DNA of 64,000 bases from an uncultured delta proteobacterium (GCA_963735595.1 CAVTLK010000005.1:877711-941710); one strand, 5' to 3'; counted from the first letter of the stretch, positions 9,989-21,139 are shown. Translations and numbers: made by a program. The notes: generated by a model from the sequence alone, not told the origin.

Positions 9989-10160
9989 GATGCGCTCAAA
10001 ATGAAGTCCTCGCTCATGCTTCCCTTCAACCCCGGCGATCATTAAGCCGGGCGTAATTACGGCAGCTTTGACTGACACTTCGGCAGGGATCGCGCCATCG
10101 CGTAAGTCCCTGTTCGCCCCCGCATAGTCGGGCAACAGGACGCGGGGCAGCCAATCATGC

Positions 10161-10247
10161 TCAGGCTACGGTCACGTACAGCAGGATCCCCGTCACCACG
10201 AGCATAGCGACGATCGTGATCCAGTCGTTGAATTCGCTTTCTTTCAT
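10161..10247 (-). CDS. 28-aa single-TM small protein, copy 1 (MKESEFNDWITIVAMLVVTGILLYVTVA)
   Basis: Translated by hand; AAGGAG RBS; paralog at 10986..11072 differs partly by synonymous changes. Confidence 0.7.
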   Translation of the reverse strand: MKESEFNDWITIVAMLVVTGILLYVTVA

Positions 10248-10317
10248 TGTTCTGCTCCTTGCCCTTACGGTTTAGACAGTACTGATACTTCACGTGTTCC
10301 CTTGATACCTAATATAT

Positions 10318-10333
10318 AGCAATCTCCGTGCCA
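10318..10333 (-). promoter_or_regulatory. sigma54 (-24/-12) promoter
   Basis: TGGCAC-GGAGA-TTGCT, exact consensus spacing, about 70 bp upstream of the 28-aa ORF. Confidence 0.75.
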
Positions 10334-10908
10334 TTATTAGGAAGTTCTTACTTTTTAATAGTGCCGGCCGGCCGTACAAATCTCCCACATTCTGCGACCT
10401 CCTTAGCATTCTGATAAGATAATCGCACGCAAAACCGCGCCGCAGCCGCATGAATCCAGGATACGTTGCACATGCGAACGGATTGATAGGGCGAAAAGGA
10501 ACAGCATTACCGTTTGTTACAATTAGCAGACTATGGTTAATATATCAGTAATATCGTATATATGACAATGGACGAGATATGCATTAGTGTATGCTGGATT
10601 CCTCATGTTTCATTGTTGTTGCACGCGAGAGACAGATGCAACGGCATCATCAGAGGTGGTCTTATCCCCCGGGCAGGAAAAAGAACTGCCGCGGCAAAGC
10701 ATTGCCTCGAAAGGGACCTCAAATAGAGGCGGTGTTTGGTAGGTTGGATGAGTCTTACGCCGGTATGGAAGAAGGCGGGCAACTGCGGTATACGAAGATC
10801 GAGCCGTTCAGGTTTGAAACCGCCGGCCAGATAAATTTTAGGCCAACGTGGGGTCGGGACCCTATCGAACTTTCAAACGGGGTCGTGCGCACCGGCCACT
10901 GTTGCCGA

Positions 10909-10944
10909 ACAGGGATTCACGCGGGCGCGTGAATCCCTGTTTTC
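10909..10944 (+). terminator. hairpin/terminator
   Basis: ACAGGGATTCACGC-GG-GCGTGAATCCCTGT followed by T tract. Confidence 0.55.
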
Positions 10945-10985
10945 ATTCAACAAATCGGCGGGCCGCCGGGGCGGCCGATCATTTC

Positions 10986-11072
10986 TTAAATTACAGTCAC
11001 GTAGAGCAAGATACCCGTCACCATGAGCATGGAGGCGAGCATGACCCAGTCGGTGAATTCTCCTTCTTTCAT
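10986..11072 (-). CDS. 28-aa single-TM small protein, copy 2 (MKEGEFTDWVMLASMLMVTGILLYVTVI)
   Basis: AAAGGAGG RBS; 19/28 aa identical to copy 1. Confidence 0.7.
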   Translation of the reverse strand: MKEGEFTDWVMLASMLMVTGILLYVTVI

Positions 11073-11398
11073 TTCCATCCTCCTTTCTGCTACCGTATAG
11101 ACAACGCCCGAGCCGTGTGTGTTCCGCAATTTTTTGCCGGACGGTAGACGTTTTGTAAATTAAGTGATCCTAATATTTAGATGCAAGCATACCGCACAAG
11201 GCTCTAATTATTTGTGACGTTCTTCACAATGTTATTAGTTTTCATAAGAAAAGGGAGGCGAGTTTTGGGTCCGAACCGACGCGGACGAGGGGACTGCGGA
11301 AGAGACGGCGTTAGGCCGGTGGGACCGCCGCCTGGCTTGCCGCGGCGGCGGCCGCAATTCGAATCCGGTCCTGACTGCTGTTTACCGGGGGCCTATCG

Positions 11399-12655
11399 TT
11401 ACCGATCGCCCAGCTCTTTCCCGATCCATCCGATGATTTCATCGATATGCGCCAGGATAAACGTGGGCTTGTGGCGGCCGCCGGGAATGATGTTATTCCC
11501 GGGAAAGACCGCGGCACCGTGAGCAGTGAGCCGCGGGGCTATGACCGGGACATGGCCGTCGAGGTTAAAATCGTCTTCCGACCCAACGATGAGGTAGTAG
11601 CGCTGGCCGGAGAGGTCCATGTCCCCGCCGTCAAGCAATTCCACCGGGTTGACCGCCGAGAGCCGCTCCCAAACCGGCCGATCTTCGGACCATACGGGGC
11701 CGGGGGTCTTATCGCTGTCAAAGACGGGATAGTAGAGCCAGTATTCCGTTACGCCGAGGAAACCCCTGCCGGCCGCGGCGTTGACGATGCGCCGGGGGTT
11801 GTCGACGTCTATCAGCGCGTAGCCCGCGGGGTCAAAATCGGCGAGCTTATCGCCCCCTATCCCGTAGCGCAGGTCGGCGGCGGGGTAGATGGGGACCAGG
11901 ACGTGAGAAAACGACGGGTGGGTCACCCCGTAGTAGAGGACCCCGTATCCGCCCATGGACGCGCCCATGAGGACGACCCCATCCGGGTCGGTGCGCACGT
12001 TGAACGACGAGGCGATAAACGGGACGATCTCCCCAAAGAAGTGATCCTCGAACCTCCCGAGGTTGCTGTTGATGTAAAAGTTCCCGGAGCGGTCGTCAAA
12101 CCAGGTGGCCGGGTCGTCGGTCCCGCTACCCGAAACGGAAAAATCGGGCATTACCACGACGACGGGTTCGATCGTGCCCGCCGCTATCGCGGCCTCCAGG
12201 GGGGCGATGACCTCATGTGCCCACGTCTGCGGCCGGCTGGCGTAGCCGTGCAGGGCCCAGATGACCGGGTAGGCGGCGTCCCTCTTGTCGTATCCGTCGT
12301 ATCCGGGGGGGAGCCACACCAGGAGTGTGCGATCTTCTTTCAGGATATCGCTGTGAAAGGGGGCCTCGTATTTCACGGAGGAGCCGTCGGGCCGGGCGGG
12401 GTCGTCGCCCACGAAGGCGACCAGTGTTCCCGCCCCCGTATAGACGGGCCTGGTCGATTCCCAGGGGCTGCCCATGTTGATGACCGAAAGGGGCAGCGGC
12501 AGCGGGCCCGCCTTCCACGCGTAGATGCTACACGCGGCCACAGCGGCGGCACAGATGACCGCCATGGTGAGAACGCCCCTCATCAGGCAGGACGTACAGG
12601 AATGCTTGCGGGTCTTTTTGACGGCTTTGGGCTGTTTACGCGTTCTTTTGGCCAT
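11399..12655 (-). CDS. membrane-anchored esterase (alpha/beta hydrolase, putative esterase family)
   Basis: VWLPPGY..YPVIWALHG, GASMGG nucleophile, C-terminal GGRH; N-terminal TM. Confidence 0.8.
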   Translation of the reverse strand: MAKRTRKQPKAVKKTRKHSCTSCLMRGVLTMAVICAAAVAACSIYAWKAGPLPLPLSVINMGSPWESTRPVYTGAGTLVAFVGDDPARPDGSSVKYEAPFHSDILKEDRTLLVWLPPGYDGYDKRDAAYPVIWALHGYASRPQTWAHEVIAPLEAAIAAGTIEPVVVVMPDFSVSGSGTDDPATWFDDRSGNFYINSNLGRFEDHFFGEIVPFIASSFNVRTDPDGVVLMGASMGGYGVLYYGVTHPSFSHVLVPIYPAADLRYGIGGDKLADFDPAGYALIDVDNPRRIVNAAAGRGFLGVTEYWLYYPVFDSDKTPGPVWSEDRPVWERLSAVNPVELLDGGDMDLSGQRYYLIVGSEDDFNLDGHVPVIAPRLTAHGAAVFPGNNIIPGGRHKPTFILAHIDEIIGWIGKELGDR

Positions 12656-12709
12656 GACGTGCTCCTTTACTCCGGGGTCTTGAGGCTTGCATGCGCCCCT
12701 GCACCCGAC

Positions 12710-13188
12710 CTATACTCGATATTTCTTTCCCGTCATCTCCTCGATTTCAATTCTCACCACGGCGGTGATATTCACGATCTTCTCGTTCAATGTAAACGAG
12801 GAGGGGTCCATGTTCGGCGCAACGCCCGCCATGAGGACCAGCAGTCCCTCACGCTTCTCGTCGGCGTCGGTGAGCAGCACCGCCCTGCCGCGTCCGATCA
12901 CCGAGCGGTAGGCCACTCCCACTCGCAGGCATCCGCGGGATTAGCCGGGGCAACGACGGCCACGTCGGTCTCGGCTTCGAACGATACGGCCGGGTCCTTC
13001 TCGATCAGCTCCATCTTCTTTCCCTCGTACGAGCAGTGGAAGTAGATCGCGCCGTCCTTGTATCCGAAGTTGACCGGGACGATATAGGGCGGGGCTCCCG
13101 CTCGTTGATCCCCAGGCGGAGTTTTCGCTGTTTTCAGTACCGTTTCCAGCTCGTGCCTGTCGGTGATCTCGCGCTCTTTCTTTCTCAT
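12710..13188 (-). CDS. pyridoxamine 5'-phosphate oxidase-like (NimA-type) flavin-binding protein, frameshifted
   Basis: MRKKEREITD, PYIVPVNFGY..IYFH..EGKK, then YRSVIGRG in another frame. Confidence 0.75.
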
Positions 13189-13310
13189 GTCTCTGGTGTA
13201 TCCTTACGGGGAAACCCGTGTCTCATACGGCTGCCTGTATTCTTACCGCCGCATGGTGAAATACGCTTCTCTGCCTCCCAGCGTCGTCTTCAGGACATCG
13301 GGCCCGAGCG

Positions 13311-14641
13311 TTACGTCTCCCGCGACGCCGTAGTGAACCGGGACGTATGCTTTCGTGCAGTCGGGGCACGGGACGGGCGGGCCGATCTCGAAGGACGGGT
13401 ACTCGGGATGAAAACGCGTTGAGCTCGAGAACCGAGCCGCCGGTGAACGAAAAAGGGCTGCCTTCTGTTTCCGGCAGGGGCAGGTACGTGGATCATCGTC
13501 CCCGTGCCGCCGACAAGGGCCGTGTTAAACGGGCCGGTACGACGGAAGCGGGGTAGAAGCGCGATCAGATCGCCGGCCGGGGTGATCGGCCTCCACGTAC
13601 TTGTCGTTCAGGATCTACCGGTCTTTGATCGTGCGGCCGGAAGACGAGGATGGTCGAAATGCCCCGGTGCGCCGTTCGCCTGGTACGCATCGAGCTCGGA
13701 GATACAGGATGATCACGGTTGGTCTCGTGTCACGACGTCGGTGGAAAACGACGTCAGGATCGAGTCGGCAAGCCCCGGCGCGACGGATCGGAAAGCGGGA
13801 AGTCGGACCGGTCGACGACGCCAGTCGGGGAAGACCGAGAACAGGGTCAGCGTCGTGATCGTCGAAGACGGCCAGGGAGAGTCGGTCGGGCCGCCGCCGA
13901 CCGTACGGCGAGCTTCACGGGGCGTTGCCACGATGCGGCGTCCCACAAGAAGATCGACGGGGGCGTCTCCGATATCGTCCGCCGTGGGCGTGCCGTCGAT
14001 CGGGTGTCGAGATACCTGACCTCGCAGGCGGCAAGTATCGACCCCTGCATCGACCCCGAAGAGGATGAAGGCCCCGTCATCGGCAGAGGAATATCTTCTG
14101 AGACCGTGGGCGTTCACGCTCGTCGGGAAACGAGAAGAAGGTGACGTCTTGAACGAAGTCGAAAAGGGCCTGAAAGGGCGTCCATCGGACAGTTCGGCGA
14201 ATTCGTCTGGCCCGATCGAAAGGCGAAGAGACGACGGGGGGATCGTCGATGACGCGGACGGCGATTTGCGTATTTCCGTAGAGGGTGGTCGAGCCCCACC
14301 GTATGGTCACCGGGCGACGCCGAAATACGGAATACATGGTGGTTACCGCCGTCGGAGCGGGCATACGGGACGCCGTCCAGGGAAAGCTCCACGAGACATG
14401 GGTCCATGCCAACGCGGGACACCCGGGTGCCGAGGAAGAGCAATGTATTGGTCTCGATCCCGAATGACCATTTCGCGGCGACCGCCAGTACCGAGAATTC
14501 CGTCGGTACGACGGCGTCCGGCGCGGGATAAAGGATTTCGAGGTACGAGCCGGGGAGGATCGGCTGGATGCAGCCGACGGCGACAAGAATGATGAGGAAG
14601 CAGATGATGGCGATGAGGCCGATGAGGACTACTTTTTTCAT
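13311..14641 (-). CDS. hypothetical lipoprotein, multiply frameshifted; 3' end uncertain
   Basis: Signal peptide MKKVVLIGLIAIICFLIILVAVG-C; Ig-like stretch EILYPAPDAVV...SLDG...PGDHTV; continuation split across frames. Confidence 0.4.
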
Positions 14642-14760
14642 AGTGTCATCCCTTATAAGTGATTTCGCCGAATCATACCCCATCGAAAACAAAAAACAAA
14701 TAGAAAAGGAGGGATTACCGGCGGAATAAAGGTATTGGTGAACGGCAGGTAATACGCATT

Positions 14761-14792
14761 AAAAAGGGGGAGCCGAAAGGCTCCCCCTTTTG
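14761..14792. terminator. bidirectional rho-independent terminator
   Basis: AAAAAGGGGGAGCC-GAAA-GGCTCCCCCTTTT. Confidence 0.8.
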
Positions 14793-14811
14793 CATCAGAA
14801 CATGAGCGCTC

Positions 14812-16657
14812 TTAGAACGCGAAACTCTGGTCGGCTATCTCGAGGTAGGCGTCTTCCTCGGATTTGAGCTGCGCGACCTTGCCCTTGGTGCGGGGCAGGA
14901 TGTTTCCGATGTAGAACTTGGCGGCGTTGACCTTGCCGGCGTAAAACGCCGTCTCGACGCTGTCGTCCACCTTCTTGGCCAGTTCGTCGCCCTTGAGCCC
15001 GCCGAGCTTCGGGTAGGCGATGTTCATCTGCCACAGGAGCTGCCAGCCTATGACGAGGTCGCCCATCAGCTCCATGAGCGGGACGGCGTTGCCGAAGATG
15101 ACGCCCATCTTGCCCTTGCCCAGGAGGCCCTGCTGGAAGGCAACGGCGTCTTCCATGCCGGCCATTGCTTCCTTGACCGCCGCGGCATAGGGTTTGAGGT
15201 CGGCGATCTTGTCGGCGGCGTCCGTTACCTTCTTGACCTCTTCCTTGAAGAAGGCGAAGTTGACCAGCCCGTTGAGGAGCATCTTGCGGAAGGTGAAGTC
15301 CATGGCCTGGATGCCGTTGGTGCCCTCATAGAGGGACGCAATCTTGCAGTCGCGAGCGTACTGCTCCACGGGGTAGTCCCGCGTGAAGCCGTAGCCGCCG
15401 TAGACCTGGATCGCCTGGCCGGTGATGTCCCAGACCATGTCGGTCTCGTAGCCCTTGCAGATGGGGATGAGCAGGTCCAGGAGCCCCTGCCAGCGGTCCT
15501 TCTCCGCGCCCTCGGTGGTCTCGACGTTATCGATGCAGTATCCCATGTAATACTGGAGGCCGCGCATCCCCTCGACGTAAGCCTTCATGCGGGTGAGCAT
15601 GCGGCGCACGTCCGGGTGCTGGATGATCGGAACGCCCTGTGCTGTCCTTCTCCTGCATCTTGGTGTAATGGACGCCCTGGACGCGCTCCTTGGCGTATTT
15701 GACGGCGTGCAGGTAGGCCGCCGAGCTCGTGGACAGGCCCTGGAGGCCGACGAACATGCGCTCCTCGTTCATCATCATGAACATGATCTTCATGCCCTTC
15801 ATCCGGTCGCCGAGCATCCAGCCCACGCATTTGCCGTTGTCGCCGAAAACCAGCGAGGTGGTCGGGGAGCCGTGGATGCCCATCTTCTCCTCGATGCCGG
15901 CGCAGTAGAGGTCGTTGGGCGCTCCGGGCGTCCCGTCGGCCTTGGGGAGGAATTTGGGGACGATGAAGATCGAGATGCCCTTGGTTCCCGGCGGGTCGCC
16001 TTCGATGCGGGCCAGCACCATGTGGATGATGTTCTCGGAAAGGTCATGCTCGCCGGAGGTGATAAAGGTCTTGTTGCCGACAATGGAGTATGTCCCGTCG
16101 GGGTTCGGGGTGGCCTTGGTCTTGAGCGCCCCCACCTCAGAGCCGGCGCCCGGCTCCGTGAGGCACATGGTGCCCAGCCACTGTCCCTCGTACATCTTGT
16201 AGAGATAGGTATTTTTCTGCTCCTCGGTCCCGAAGACCTCGATCATCCGGGCCGACCCGTGGGAAAGCCCCGGGAAAGCCACGAAGGCGAAGTTTGAGCC
16301 GACGAAGATCTCCATACACGACATATAGAGGGAATAAGGCAGGCCCTGTCCGCCGACTTCGGGATTTTCGGCCATGGCGATCCATCCGCCCGCCTTGTAC
16401 GCCTCCAGTGCCTTCTTGAAGCTCGGCGGGGTCGTGACGCTCTTGGTCTTGGGGTCGTAGACGGCGCCGATCTTATCGCTCTCGACATAGGTGGGCTCGA
16501 TATAGTTGACGGCCATCTTCTCGGCCTCGTCCAGCACCATCTCGAAGACGTCTTTGCTGTGGTCGGCGTACCTTGGCCGCTCGCAGAGCTTATCGATGCC
16601 CAGCTGCTCGTAGAGGACGAATCGGGCGTCCCGCATATCCATGATAAGGTTGCTCAT
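14812..16657 (-). CDS. acyl-CoA dehydrogenase (about 600 aa), one frameshift near 15640
   Basis: GTMCLTEPGAGS, FITSGEHD, EEKMGIHGSPT in ORF 15527..16657; IQVYGGYG..YPVEQYARD..YEGTNGIQA in ORF 14812..15609. Confidence 0.9.
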
Positions 16658-16799
16658 CTCTCATCACTCCTAAAAATAGATAGTATTGGCTTAAAGGATT
16701 TCCCGGTACGCGCCGCGTTCGTGCCGACGGCGGCTTACCGGGAACGATCACCACCACGGAGGGAAGGGCGCCGCAGGGCTGTCGGCCGTGCCCGATCCA

Positions 16800-16817
16800 T
16801 GAATGAATGGTCATTCA
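16800..16817. promoter_or_regulatory. TetR/FadR(YsiA)-type operator
   Basis: TGAATGA-N4-TCATTCA, downstream of a - strand promoter TTGACA(16855-16860)-N17-TAGAAA with extended TG. Confidence 0.7.
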
Positions 16818-17101
16818 CCTCCCCACGGGTTTTTCTATCACTTGAGAGGCGATATGTCAAGAAAATTGTTTTTTTCACCCGTTACGGCCGCACCGGATCG
16901 GGTGCGGGGGAAAGGAACCGCCGGTGCGCGACATCACGGGAAAGAAGTGATGGGACGGTCGTGACCGTTATTATTCAGTGGAAATCATGCCGGTGATTCT
17001 GATACAATTCCTTTCGATAGCATTAATTCCGGCACCGGCATCAAGCCCAGGGGGTGCCCGTCGCACACATGCGGCAGCGCCGGGCCATCGAGGTATCCGT
17101 C

Positions 17102-17689
17102 ATGTTTGCCGATTTTCCATTCTGGGAATACGTCGGTATTCCCCTGCTTATCTGTCTTGCGCGAATCTGCGATGTGACCCTTGGGACGATACGCATCATG
17201 TACGTCGCCCGGGGAATCAAGGTGCTGTCGGCGGTTCTCGGTTTCTTTGAGGTTCTGATCTGGCTGTTTGCCATCGGGCAGATCATCAGCAACCTGACGA
17301 ACGTGGTGAACTACTTCGCCTATGCCCTGGGGTACGCGCTCGGCAACTATATTGGAATTACCATCGAGGAACGGCTTTCGGTGGGGGTGCTGTTGCTTCG
17401 GATTATCACGAAGCAAAAAGCTGATAAGCTCATGGATGCGCTGAAAGCCGCCGGCTTCGGAATCACGACGATATCAGGCAAGGGGATCTATGGTCCGGTA
17501 AAGGTCATCTTTACGGTCATAAACCGCAAAGACCTCGACGGCGTCGTCGACGTCATTAAGGAGCATAATCCCCAGGCGGTTTATTCCGTTCAAGACGTAA
17601 GGTCGGTAAACACGGAGCCGTTCCCCCGCCCGAACGGCGACGAGAGGACCATGCGCCGCCTCATCTCCGGCTTGATGCAGCGCAAGTGA
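17102..17689 (+). CDS. DUF2179/DUF5698 (YebE-like) membrane protein
   Basis: ARICDVTLGTIRI, GFFEVLIW, YALGYALGNYIG, GFGITT..GKG. Confidence 0.85.
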   Translation: MFADFPFWEYVGIPLLICLARICDVTLGTIRIMYVARGIKVLSAVLGFFEVLIWLFAIGQIISNLTNVVNYFAYALGYALGNYIGITIEERLSVGVLLLRIITKQKADKLMDALKAAGFGITTISGKGIYGPVKVIFTVINRKDLDGVVDVIKEHNPQAVYSVQDVRSVNTEPFPRPNGDERTMRRLISGLMQRK

Positions 17690-17735
17690 TCGGGCCGCCC
17701 AGACGGGCCCGGCCGGGAAGAAAGGGCAAAAAGCC

Positions 17736-18416
17736 ATGGAAGAAATTATGAAAAAGACCGTCCGGCTCCTTATCGAGACCGGCGCCCTCCGTTTTGGGGA
17801 CTTCGTCCTCAAGAGCGGCAGGAAGTCACCCTATTTCGTTAATATTGGGGATATTGCCGACGGGTATTCCGTCGCTGCGCTCGGCACTATCCTTGCCGGA
17901 AAGATCGTGGACGACATCGGGTCCGATACCTTTGATGTCATCTTCGGCCCGGCCTATAAGGGGATCGTGCTGGCGTCGGTGACTGCTGCCTGTCTCTCGA
18001 CCGAACACGGAATATCCAAAGGATTCTGTTTCGACCGCAAGGAGGCCAAGGGGCACGGCGAGGGAGGCAGCTTTGTCGGGTGCGACCTGACGGGCGAAAC
18101 GAAGCGGCTCTTGATCATCGACGACGTGATTACCGACGGAAAGACGAAGATCGAGACGATACAGAAGATAACCTCCGAGACCAGGGCCGCCGTCACGGGA
18201 ATACTCTCGGTGGTGGACCGGATGGAAACCGACGGCGCGGGCCGTCTCTTTTCAACCGTGATCGCCGAAACGACCGGCGTACCGGTACGGTCCGTGGTCA
18301 ACCTATCGGATATCGTCCGGTACATCCGCGAGGAGGGCGCCGCGTCGCTCGGGGTGCCGGAGACGGCCTTCGAGGATCTGGCCGGCCTCGTCGCGCGACT
18401 GGAAGCGTCGGAATGA
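17736..18416 (+). CDS. pyrE: orotate phosphoribosyltransferase
   Basis: FGDFVLKSGRKSPYF, FGPAYKGI, DRKEAKGHGEGG, IIDDVITDG. Confidence 0.95.
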   Translation: MEEIMKKTVRLLIETGALRFGDFVLKSGRKSPYFVNIGDIADGYSVAALGTILAGKIVDDIGSDTFDVIFGPAYKGIVLASVTAACLSTEHGISKGFCFDRKEAKGHGEGGSFVGCDLTGETKRLLIIDDVITDGKTKIETIQKITSETRAAVTGILSVVDRMETDGAGRLFSTVIAETTGVPVRSVVNLSDIVRYIREEGAASLGVPETAFEDLAGLVARLEASE

Positions 18417-18462
18417 TCTCAGGGCCTGGCGGCATGTCGCGGCCGCCCACCGCCCCGACGGC

Positions 18463-18834
18463 CTATTCAATAGTAATCTTCGAAGATCGGATCCTTATAA
18501 GCTGCTGGGAATAGGATTCCGAAAAGATACAGCGGGTAATCGCCACGGCCATGCAGGTATCGGCCACAACGGCCACGCCTTCGCCGACAAACATCGAATC
18601 GACCACGTCGATGTTCCAGCAGCGAACAAGCACGAGGTTCTTGACGGTGCAGTTGGCCAGATCGACGTTGAAGCAGTTGACCAGGGTCAGGGTATCGTAG
18701 GTCACCCCGGTTATGGTGAGGTTGATCTTTCCCGATAGCGTGGTATTCGTCAACCCGGGACTCTGCGCCCAGCAGAAGACCGGGAACAATCCGAGTAGGA
18801 CGATGAGACCGAGGATACTCAGGGCTTTTTTCAC
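18463..18834 (-). CDS. secreted hypothetical protein with beta-helix-like repeats
   Basis: GTG start with RBS; signal peptide; repeated LvnCxNvdl pattern. Confidence 0.5.
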   Translation of the reverse strand: MKKALSILGLIVLLGLFPVFCWAQSPGLTNTTLSGKINLTITGVTYDTLTLVNCFNVDLANCTVKNLVLVRCWNIDVVDSMFVGEGVAVVADTCMAVAITRCIFSESYSQQLIRIRSSKITIE

Positions 18835-18910
18835 CGATTTTCCTCCCTCTATGAAGCAACAGGCGAGCACGACGCAACTGCGGTGACGCCGGAAGCGGGT
18901 CCCTGCGTGG

Positions 18911-19474
18911 CTACTCCGCGGGTCTTTTTCGCCCCCGCTGTATGAACCGGGCCGGCACGGCGATAATCCAAACGACAACCACGAGGGCAAGGAGCCCGAA
19001 CTTGACGGTCGCGCACCAGGCGGCGACCTCCGGGTAGAGGTCGGGTATATCGTGGGGAGACTTGAGGATTAAGAGGAGAAAGGCGTTCTCCACGACGTCG
19101 GCCAGTCCCGAAACGAAGGGTAGAAATGCCGTACGCCTGACCCAGAGCGACGGGGCACCGCCCAGTAAAAGAGAAATGAGCATGGTGACGGAGAAGAAGA
19201 GAAACGCGTATGCCGGGATGAAGACGAAATCCACCCTGATGCTGTTGCGGGCCAGGATCGACAGCTCAGGACCCCAGCCGTCGATCATTTTCTGCGCATT
19301 TTCGGCGCTTCGGGCCAGCTCAAAGGCGACGATGCCGTTGTTGGGTGGATTTTCCGTCAGACGGGCATCGATATTACGCATTGTAACCCAGGGGATGACG
19401 GCAACGGCGATAGAAAGCAGCAGAATGGCCAGGAGTGTCTTTGACGTCAGGTGCGGCTGTTCGGTTTGCATCAC
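18911..19474 (-). CDS. hypothetical membrane protein
   Basis: Four hydrophobic segments; DFVFIPAY and DVVEN motifs. Confidence 0.6.
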   Translation of the reverse strand: MMQTEQPHLTSKTLLAILLLSIAVAVIPWVTMRNIDARLTENPPNNGIVAFELARSAENAQKMIDGWGPELSILARNSIRVDFVFIPAYAFLFFSVTMLISLLLGGAPSLWVRRTAFLPFVSGLADVVENAFLLLILKSPHDIPDLYPEVAAWCATVKFGLLALVVVVWIIAVPARFIQRGRKRPAE

Positions 19475-19857
19475 GCTTCCTACGTAATTGGTGTGTTATT
19501 GAAAACCGTCATACAAAAAAGGGCGGGTCTTTTCCCCTTACCGTTGTTATACCTAAAATCTGTCTAAAAATCAATACCTTTTCACCCTCCGGGACGCCAA
19601 AAAAAGGCGGGCCCGGTTGGTTGATGCGTCCGAAGGCCTCGGTAGGGCTGCGGCAGGATCGTCGGAGCGTTGCATGTTGTCAAGGACATAGTCGAAATAA
19701 GGACATTGGCGAAATGGAGCGCGACAGGGAGCCCTATCCCAACTGCCGCATGGAGCGCTAAATCTGCCCTGCCCGGCCGGTCCCTCCCGTCTATGGGTCA
19801 TGATTTATTTTGACGCCGCCCTAAAATGTGGTATGATACGCTCACGTATAATTATGG

Positions 19858-20301
19858 ATGGAGTTATGCATGGGGCGCGTTATTGGGTTGGCGTTATCTC
19901 TCGTGTTGGGGATTTCCGTTTTGGCCGCAGCAACCGAAATCGAGCTGCAAGGACCGCTGTTTGTCCCGACGGCCTATGTATACGAAAACGGTAAGATACT
20001 GGACAAGAACCACGTCCTGTTGGGACGGATCGATAATGACGGCATCGTGTACGACGTGGGCAACCGCCATCTGGGCTTCATTGAGAAAGACCTGACCGTT
20101 ATGGATACCCATTATAAAACGCTGGTAACCGTAAACGCGGACGGAGTAATGACCAACGCCGAAGGCGTTGTTGTCGGCTCTTTTACGGAGACCAAGCTCG
20201 CGGATGCCGCGGGGCGGCCGCTGCTGCGCTACCTGGTGCCGGGCGATAAGCGGGCGATACTCGGGTATTTCTTCTTCTTTTCCCCGGGATTCGGCAATTG
20301 A
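19858..20301 (+). CDS. secreted hypothetical protein with short beta repeats
   Basis: Signal peptide; repeated G.I..DG.V.D pattern. Confidence 0.55.
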   Translation: MELCMGRVIGLALSLVLGISVLAAATEIELQGPLFVPTAYVYENGKILDKNHVLLGRIDNDGIVYDVGNRHLGFIEKDLTVMDTHYKTLVTVNADGVMTNAEGVVVGSFTETKLADAAGRPLLRYLVPGDKRAILGYFFFFSPGFGN

Positions 20302-20342
20302 CGCGGTATCCCCTTTTACTCAAAAATGGTGAGGTGTAACAC

Positions 20343-21110
20343 GTGGTACCAGCCGAAAAAGAGCGAACGCTGGCGGTCTTTATTGATTTTGAGAATCTGG
20401 CCCTCGGTTTTGTGAAGGAAAAGTCCCTTAAGTTTGATATAGAGAAGGCCCTGGAGCGGCTGCTGGACAAGGGCAAGATCATCGTCAAGAAGGCCTATGC
20501 CGACTGGACCCGTTTTGCCGAGTACAAGAAGGCCCTCCACGAGTCGGCGGTTGAGCTCATCGAGATCCCCAAGCGTTTTATGACCGGTAAGAACTCGGCG
20601 GATATCCGGCTGGCGGTGGACGCCATGGACATGTCATACTCCAAGGACCACATCGATACCTTCGTTATCGTCTCGGGCGATTCGGACTTTTCCCCGCTGG
20701 TCAGCAAGCTCAAGGAAAACGGCAAGACCGTCATCGGGATGGGGATGAAGGGTTCCAGCTCCGAGCTCTTGATCCACAATTGCGATGAGTTTATCTATTA
20801 CGAAGACCTCGAGCGGCCGCTCAGTAAACCCCCCAAGGTCGACACGAGCCTCTCCAAGGAGAAGCAGGAGGCCTTTGCGCTACTGGTGTCGTCGGTAACC
20901 GCGCTGCAAAGGGAGAACAAGGACATCATCTACTCGTCGATGGTCAAGGATACCATGATCCGAAAGCAGCCTTCGTTCAACGAGTCTTACCACGGCTACC
21001 GCTCGTTTTCGGACCTGCTGGAAGACGCTCAGAAACACGGGCTCATCACCCTCAAGATCAACGCCCGCAGCGGGACCTATACGGTCACGGGATTCGGGAA
21101 GGTGGAGTAG
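20343..21110 (+). CDS. NYN domain protein (LabA/DUF88) with C-terminal OST-HTH/LOTUS domain
   Basis: FIDFEN, GKNSADI, VSGDSDF; FNESYHGYRSFSDLLE. Confidence 0.9.
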   Translation: MVPAEKERTLAVFIDFENLALGFVKEKSLKFDIEKALERLLDKGKIIVKKAYADWTRFAEYKKALHESAVELIEIPKRFMTGKNSADIRLAVDAMDMSYSKDHIDTFVIVSGDSDFSPLVSKLKENGKTVIGMGMKGSSSELLIHNCDEFIYYEDLERPLSKPPKVDTSLSKEKQEAFALLVSSVTALQRENKDIIYSSMVKDTMIRKQPSFNESYHGYRSFSDLLEDAQKHGLITLKINARSGTYTVTGFGKVE

Positions 21111-21139
21111 GGAGGTAGAGAATCCATGTTTTTAAATTT

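Noticed and set aside
10591..10932. 113-aa ORF containing EGGQLRYTKIEPFR
   Set aside because: Only a short duplicated gene tail is real; the rest has no coding signal
11447..13045. 532-aa + strand ORF
   Set aside because: Antisense shadow of the esterase and flavin-binding genes; no motifs
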